Positions 27,973-32,000 of a DNA stretch of 32,000 nucleotides are shown here, in pieces; the first letter of the stretch is position 1; each line of letters starts with the position of its first letter. Source of the stretch: Dickeya solani IPO 2222 (GTDB lineage Bacteria > Pseudomonadota > Gammaproteobacteria > Enterobacterales > Enterobacteriaceae); assembly GCF_001644705.1 (NCBI RefSeq), contig NZ_CP015137.1, positions 3,870,001 to 3,902,000 on the forward strand, read 5' to 3'. The translations under genes and the position numbers were made by a program. The notes under the pieces are model-generated. The model made no database searches, was not told the origin of the DNA, and was given only the letters and a program-made list of their open reading frames with translations.

Positions 27973-29063
27973 TGTATGTCGCGGTGAAAGGGGGCGAAAA
28001 AGCCATTGAGGCCGCCCATCAGTTACAGGCTAACCTGCGGCGCGGCGACACCCGGCTCCCAGAGGTGCAGGCGGCGCAGATTGAACAGCAACTGGGGCTG
28101 GCGGTGGATCGGGTGATGACCGAAGGCGGTATTTACGACCGGGAACTGGCGGCGCTGGCGATCAAGCAGGCCAGCGGCGACCTGGTGGAGGCGATTTTTC
28201 TGCTGCGCGCCTACCGCACCACGCTGCCGCGGCTGGCGGACAGCCTGCCGTTGGATACCGGCCGCATGCAACTGGAGCGGCGTATTTCGGCGGTGTACAA
28301 GGATCTGCCCGGCGGGCAGGTGCTTGGCCCCACTTATGACTATACCCACCGGCTGCTGGATTTTGTCCTGCTGGCGGAAGGCGAGCCGCCGCTCGCGCCA
28401 CAGGCGCAGGAACCGCTGGCGGACCATTGTCCGCACATGTTCGCCATGATGACGGCGGAAGGGCTGGCGGCGGCCGAACATGACGACGGCGGCGAGCCGC
28501 TGGATATCACCCGCGATCCGCCCAACTACCCGATGCCGCGCAGCGCCCGGTTACAGCAACTGGCGCGCGGCGACGAAGGTTTCCTGCTGGCGCTGGGCTA
28601 TTCCACCCAGCGTGGCTACGGCCGTACCCACCCGTTCGCCGGCGAGATTCGCACCGGTTATGTCACGGTGGAAATCGAGCCGGAGGAACTGGGCTTTGCG
28701 CTGGAAATCGGCGACATCCTGTTGACCGAATGCGAGATGGTTAACGGTTTTACCGTGCCGGAGGATGAGCCGCCGCACTTTACCCGCGGCTACGGGCTGG
28801 TGTTTGGCCGCGCCGAGCGCAAGGCGATGGCGATGGCGCTGGTGGACCGGGCATTGCAGGCGCCGGCCTATCAGGAGCCGGTCGGCAGCCCGGCGCAGGA
28901 CGAAGAGTTTGTGCTGTCGCACGCGGACAATGTCGAGGCGGCCGGTTTCGTCTCCCACCTCAAGTTGCCGCATTACGTCGACTTTCAGGCTGAACTGGCG
29001 CTGCTGCGCCAGTTGCGCCAGTCACCGCAGGAGGAGCGCGATGAACACGCTGAGCGGATATAA
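27972..29063 (+). CDS. phnI: C-P lyase core complex subunit PhnI
   Basis: The track ORF 27315..29063 is an over-extension. The real start is ATG 27972 (MYVAVKGGEKAIEAAH), with GGAGG 7 nt upstream and an ATGA overlap with phnH. 363 aa. Confidence 0.9.
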   Translation: MYVAVKGGEKAIEAAHQLQANLRRGDTRLPEVQAAQIEQQLGLAVDRVMTEGGIYDRELAALAIKQASGDLVEAIFLLRAYRTTLPRLADSLPLDTGRMQLERRISAVYKDLPGGQVLGPTYDYTHRLLDFVLLAEGEPPLAPQAQEPLADHCPHMFAMMTAEGLAAAEHDDGGEPLDITRDPPNYPMPRSARLQQLARGDEGFLLALGYSTQRGYGRTHPFAGEIRTGYVTVEIEPEELGFALEIGDILLTECEMVNGFTVPEDEPPHFTRGYGLVFGRAERKAMAMALVDRALQAPAYQEPVGSPAQDEEFVLSHADNVEAAGFVSHLKLPHYVDFQAELALLRQLRQSPQEERDEHAERI

Positions 29064-29895
29064 CCCCGGTTATCTGGACGAACAGAGTAAACGCACTATT
29101 CGGCGCGCCATCCTCAAAGCGGTGGCGATCCCCGGTTATCAGGTGCCGTTTGGCGGGCGGGAAATGCCGATGCCCTACGGCTGGGGCACCGGCGGCATAC
29201 AACTGACCGCCAGCCTGATCGGCGATGACGACGTGCTGAAAGTCATCGATCAGGGGGCCGACGACACCACCAACGCGGTGTCGATCCGCCGTTTCTTCCA
29301 GCGGGTCAGCGAAGCCGCCGTCACCGAACGAACGGCAGAAGCCACGCTGATCCAGACCCGGCACCGCATCCCGGAAACGCCGCTGCGCGAAGACCAAATC
29401 CTGATTTATCAGGTGCCGATCCCCGAACCGCTGCGCTTTATCGAGCCGCGTGAGACGGAAACACGCAAAATGCACGCGCTGGAGGAGTACGGCATCATGC
29501 AGGTGAAGCTGTACGAAGACATCGCCCGCTTCGGCCACATCGCCACCACCTACGCTTACCCGGTCAAGGTGAACGATCGCTACATCATGGACCCGTCGCC
29601 GATCCCGAAATTCGACAACCCGAAGATGCACCGGATGCCGGCGCTGCAACTGTTCGGCGCCGGACGCGAGAAGCGCATTTACGCCCTGCCGCCCTATACC
29701 CGGGTGGAAAGCCTCGATTTTGACGACCACCCGTTCAGCGTTCAGCGCTGGGACCAGCCCTGCGCGCTGTGCGGTTCGCACGACAGCTACCTCGACGAGG
29801 TGGTGATGGACGATCAGGGCACCCGCCTGTACGTCTGTTCCGATACCGATTATTGCCGCGAACGTCAGGAGGCCGGGCACCATGAATCACATTGA
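29041..29895 (+). CDS. phnJ: alpha-D-ribose 1-methylphosphonate 5-phosphate C-P lyase PhnJ (radical SAM-type)
   Basis: Track ORF 28765..29895, trimmed to ATG 29041 (MNTLSGYNPGYLDEQSKRTIRRAILKAVAIPGYQVPFGGREMPMPYGWGTGG) with a GAGGAG RBS. A C-terminal Cys cluster (CALCGS...CSDTDYC) is present. Confidence 0.93.
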   Translation: MNTLSGYNPGYLDEQSKRTIRRAILKAVAIPGYQVPFGGREMPMPYGWGTGGIQLTASLIGDDDVLKVIDQGADDTTNAVSIRRFFQRVSEAAVTERTAEATLIQTRHRIPETPLREDQILIYQVPIPEPLRFIEPRETETRKMHALEEYGIMQVKLYEDIARFGHIATTYAYPVKVNDRYIMDPSPIPKFDNPKMHRMPALQLFGAGREKRIYALPPYTRVESLDFDDHPFSVQRWDQPCALCGSHDSYLDEVVMDDQGTRLYVCSDTDYCRERQEAGHHESH

Positions 29896-30709
29896 TCAGG
29901 CTGGCGTGGATCAGGCAGTCGTGCCGGTTGCGGGCGCTCCCGCTGACCGCGACGATGAGACGCCGCTGTTGCAGGTACGCAATCTGACCCACCTGTACGC
30001 GCCCGGCAAGGGGTTCAGCGAGGTGTCGTTCGATCTGTATCCCGGCGAAGTGCTGGGCATCGTCGGCGAGTCCGGTTCCGGCAAGACCACGTTGCTGCGG
30101 GCGATTTCCGCCCGGCTGACGCCGCAGGCCGGGCAGATTGACTATCAGGGCCGCTCGCTGTACGCCATGAGCGAAAGCGATCGCCGCCGCCTGCTGCGCA
30201 CCGAGTGGGGCGTGGTGCATCAGCATCCGTTGGATGGCCTGCGTCCCCGCGTGTCGGCGGGCGGCAACATCGGCGAACGGCTGATGGCGGTCGGCGCCCG
30301 TCACTATGGCGATATTCGTCGTCAGGCCGGGCAGTGGTTGCAGGATGTGGAGATCCCGCTGTCCCGGCTCGACGACCTGCCCACCACCTTTTCCGGCGGT
30401 ATGCAGCAGCGGTTGCAGATCGCCCGCAATCTGGTCACCCATCCGAAGCTGGTGTTCATGGACGAACCGACCGGCGGGCTGGATGTGTCGGTGCAGGCGC
30501 GATTGCTGGATCTGCTGCGCACGCTGGTGCGCGACCTTGGTCTGGCGGTGGTGATTGTTACCCATGACCTCGGCGTGGCGCGTCTGCTGGCGCACCGGCT
30601 GTTGGTGATGCGCGAGGGCAGGGTAGTGGAAAGCGGCCTGACCGACCGGGTGCTGGATGATCCTCATCACCCTTACACCCAGTTGCTGGTGTCGTCGGTG
30701 TTGGGATAA
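29882..30709 (+). CDS. phnK: C-P lyase accessory ABC-type ATPase PhnK
   Basis: NLTHLYAPGKGFSEVSFDLYPGEVLGIVGESGSGKTTLL, FSGGMQQRLQIARNL and the ending HHPYTQLLVSSVL are collinear with E. coli PhnK. AGGAGG lies 9 nt upstream of the ATG. The N-terminus is about 23 aa longer than I remember for E. coli. Confidence 0.92.
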   Translation: MNHIDQAGVDQAVVPVAGAPADRDDETPLLQVRNLTHLYAPGKGFSEVSFDLYPGEVLGIVGESGSGKTTLLRAISARLTPQAGQIDYQGRSLYAMSESDRRRLLRTEWGVVHQHPLDGLRPRVSAGGNIGERLMAVGARHYGDIRRQAGQWLQDVEIPLSRLDDLPTTFSGGMQQRLQIARNLVTHPKLVFMDEPTGGLDVSVQARLLDLLRTLVRDLGLAVVIVTHDLGVARLLAHRLLVMREGRVVESGLTDRVLDDPHHPYTQLLVSSVLG

Positions 30710-30733
30710 GCGTGAATGGCGATGAGGTGAAAC

Positions 30734-31456
30734 ATGACAACCGAAGGCACGTCCATGACGGTTCTGCGCGTGGAAAATCTGAGTAAAACCTTTGTACTGC
30801 ATAACCAGCACGCCGCCCGGCTGCCGGTGTTGCATCAGGCCAGCCTGACGGTGGCCGCCGGCGAATGCGTGGTGCTGCACGGCCATTCCGGCAGCGGCAA
30901 GTCCACGCTGCTGCGGTCGCTGTACGCCAACTATCAGCCGGACAGCGGCCAGGTATGGGTGCGCCACCGCGAGGCGTGGGTCGATCTGGTGACCGCCCCG
31001 GCCCGACAGGTGCTGGCGGTGCGGCGCGACACCATCGGCTGGGTCAGCCAGTTTTTGCGGGTAATCCCGCGCATTCCGACGCTGGAGGTGGTGATGCAGC
31101 CGCTGCTGGAGCGCGGCGAAGACCGGGCGGTATGCGAAGCGCGCGCCGACGCGCTGCTGACCCGGCTCAACGTCCCGCGCCGGCTATGGACGCTGGCGCC
31201 CGCCACCTTCTCCGGCGGCGAGCAGCAGCGGGTCAACATCGCCCGCGGGTTTATCGCCGATTATCCGTTGTTGCTGCTGGACGAACCAACCGCCTCGCTG
31301 GACGCCGCCAACCGCGACGCGGTGGTGGAACTGGTTGAGGAAGCGCGTGCCCGCGGCGCGGCGGTGGTCGGCATTTTCCACGATGCGCAGGTGCGCGCCC
31401 GCGTGGCGGACCGCCTGCATCACATGACACCCGTAACGCAGGAGTTCACGCCATGA
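30734..31456 (+). CDS. phnL: C-P lyase accessory ABC-type ATPase PhnL
   Basis: [36 protein letters not shown] and [18 protein letters not shown] before ATG 30734. An alternative ATG at 30755 would fit the E. coli length better. Confidence 0.9.
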   Translation: MTTEGTSMTVLRVENLSKTFVLHNQHAARLPVLHQASLTVAAGECVVLHGHSGSGKSTLLRSLYANYQPDSGQVWVRHREAWVDLVTAPARQVLAVRRDTIGWVSQFLRVIPRIPTLEVVMQPLLERGEDRAVCEARADALLTRLNVPRRLWTLAPATFSGGEQQRVNIARGFIADYPLLLLDEPTASLDAANRDAVVELVEEARARGAAVVGIFHDAQVRARVADRLHHMTPVTQEFTP

Positions 31457-32000
31457 GCGCGGCTACTCAGATCATCAATACTACTCAGATCACCAATACT
31501 ACCCGGATCATCAATAACGTGCAGTTGGTGTTGCAGGATGAGGTGGTCAGCGGGTCGCTGGCCTGGCGCAACGGCGCGATCGAGGCCTTTTCCTCCACGC
31601 CCAGTCAGTTGCCGCAGGCGCTGGACGGCGAAGGCGGCTGGCTGCTGCCGGGGCTGGTGGAGCTGCATACCGACAATCTGGACAAGTTCTTCATGCCGCG
31701 CCCGAAGGTCGACTGGCCGGCGCATTCGGCGATGAGCAGCCACGATGCGCTGATCGTCGCCAGCGGCATCACCACGGTGCTGGATGCGGTGGCGATAGGC
31801 GATGTGCGCGACGGCGGTCACCGGCTCGATAACCTGCGTCGCATGATCGACGCCATCATTCACAGCCAGCAACTGGGGGTGAACCGGGCGCAGCATCTGA
31901 TTCACCTGCGTTGCGAATTGCCGCACCACACCACCTTGCCGCTGTTTGAAGCGCTGATGACCACGCCGGAAGTGGCGTTGGTGTCGCTGATGGACCACTC
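31453..32000 (+). CDS. phnM: alpha-D-ribose 1-methylphosphonate 5-triphosphate diphosphatase PhnM, 3' end cut by window edge
   Basis: Absent from the ORF track because there is no stop within the window. ATG 31453 overlaps the phnL stop as ATGA. Hand translation gives ...[14 protein letters not shown]...[43 protein letters not shown]...LVSLMDH, matching PhnM. Confidence 0.9.
   Translation, partial: MSAATQIINTTQITNTTRIINNVQLVLQDEVVSGSLAWRNGAIEAFSSTPSQLPQALDGEGGWLLPGLVELHTDNLDKFFMPRPKVDWPAHSAMSSHDALIVASGITTVLDAVAIGDVRDGGHRLDNLRRMIDAIIHSQQLGVNRAQHLIHLRCELPHHTTLPLFEALMTTPEVALVSLMDH
31465..31518 (+). repeat. 3 x 18 bp in-frame tandem repeat at the 5' end of phnM
   Basis: actcagatcatcaatact / actcagatcaccaatact / acccggatcatcaataac, encoding [18 protein letters not shown]. 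Confidence 0.9.

Noticed and set aside
29735-30967. 410 aa minus-strand ORF opposite phnJ, phnK and phnL
   Set aside because: Shadow ORF. The sense strand has Walker and signature motifs, while the antisense product is Gln/His/Arg/Gly-rich with no recognisable domain.

Overview
This window looks like a compositionally mosaic stretch of an enterobacterial chromosome. The organism is probably Pectobacteriaceae or Dickeya-like; I infer this from E. coli-type orthologues (dcuB, patD, patA, phnFGHIJKLM) carried at visibly higher GC, and nothing here confirms it.

Gene order:
- 1-3506: a GC-rich same-strand block of DJ-1/PfpI (partial), aldo/keto reductase, tandem-CMD protein and amidohydrolase_2-type decarboxylase.
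- 3507-5300: an AT-rich islet with a signal-peptide-bearing tandem-ABM protein transcribed divergently from an orphan SoxS/MarA-like activator.
- 5349-12517: a NitT/TauT (sulfonate/taurine-type) ABC importer operon ending in a YbdH-like Fe-ADH. It is divergent from a YbiC-like Ldh_2 dehydrogenase, which is followed by an ATGA-coupled DcyD/CuyA-family PLP lyase and an Asp/Glu-type racemase.
- 12606-13946: dcuB, with a roughly 650 bp very AT-rich upstream region.
- 14900-18034: patD and patA, each with its own terminator. Short tandem repeat arrays lie upstream of patD, and a sigma54-like promoter plus a perfect 16 bp palindrome lie upstream of patA.
- 18113-25700: a lower-GC accessory segment. 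It holds three small hypothetical genes, a five-gene minus-strand cluster (AraC regulator, NAD(P)-binding protein, patatin-like lipoprotein, two SDRs), and a GNAT/DUF1778 toxin-antitoxin pair flanked by gene-poor DNA.
- 26231-32000: the C-P lyase operon, starting directly at phnF and running into a truncated phnM.

I recognised no rRNA, tRNA, CRISPR array, transposase or integrase.

The best candidate for under-described biology is the importer, dehydrogenase, lyase and racemase locus, which may be an organosulfonate (cysteate or sulfolactate) or D-amino-acid route. After that come the oversized GNAT toxin module, the patatin/SDR cluster, and a recurring pattern of short tandem repeats at gene 5' ends and in the patD leader. 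All functional calls rest on motif and family recognition by eye; no searches were run.
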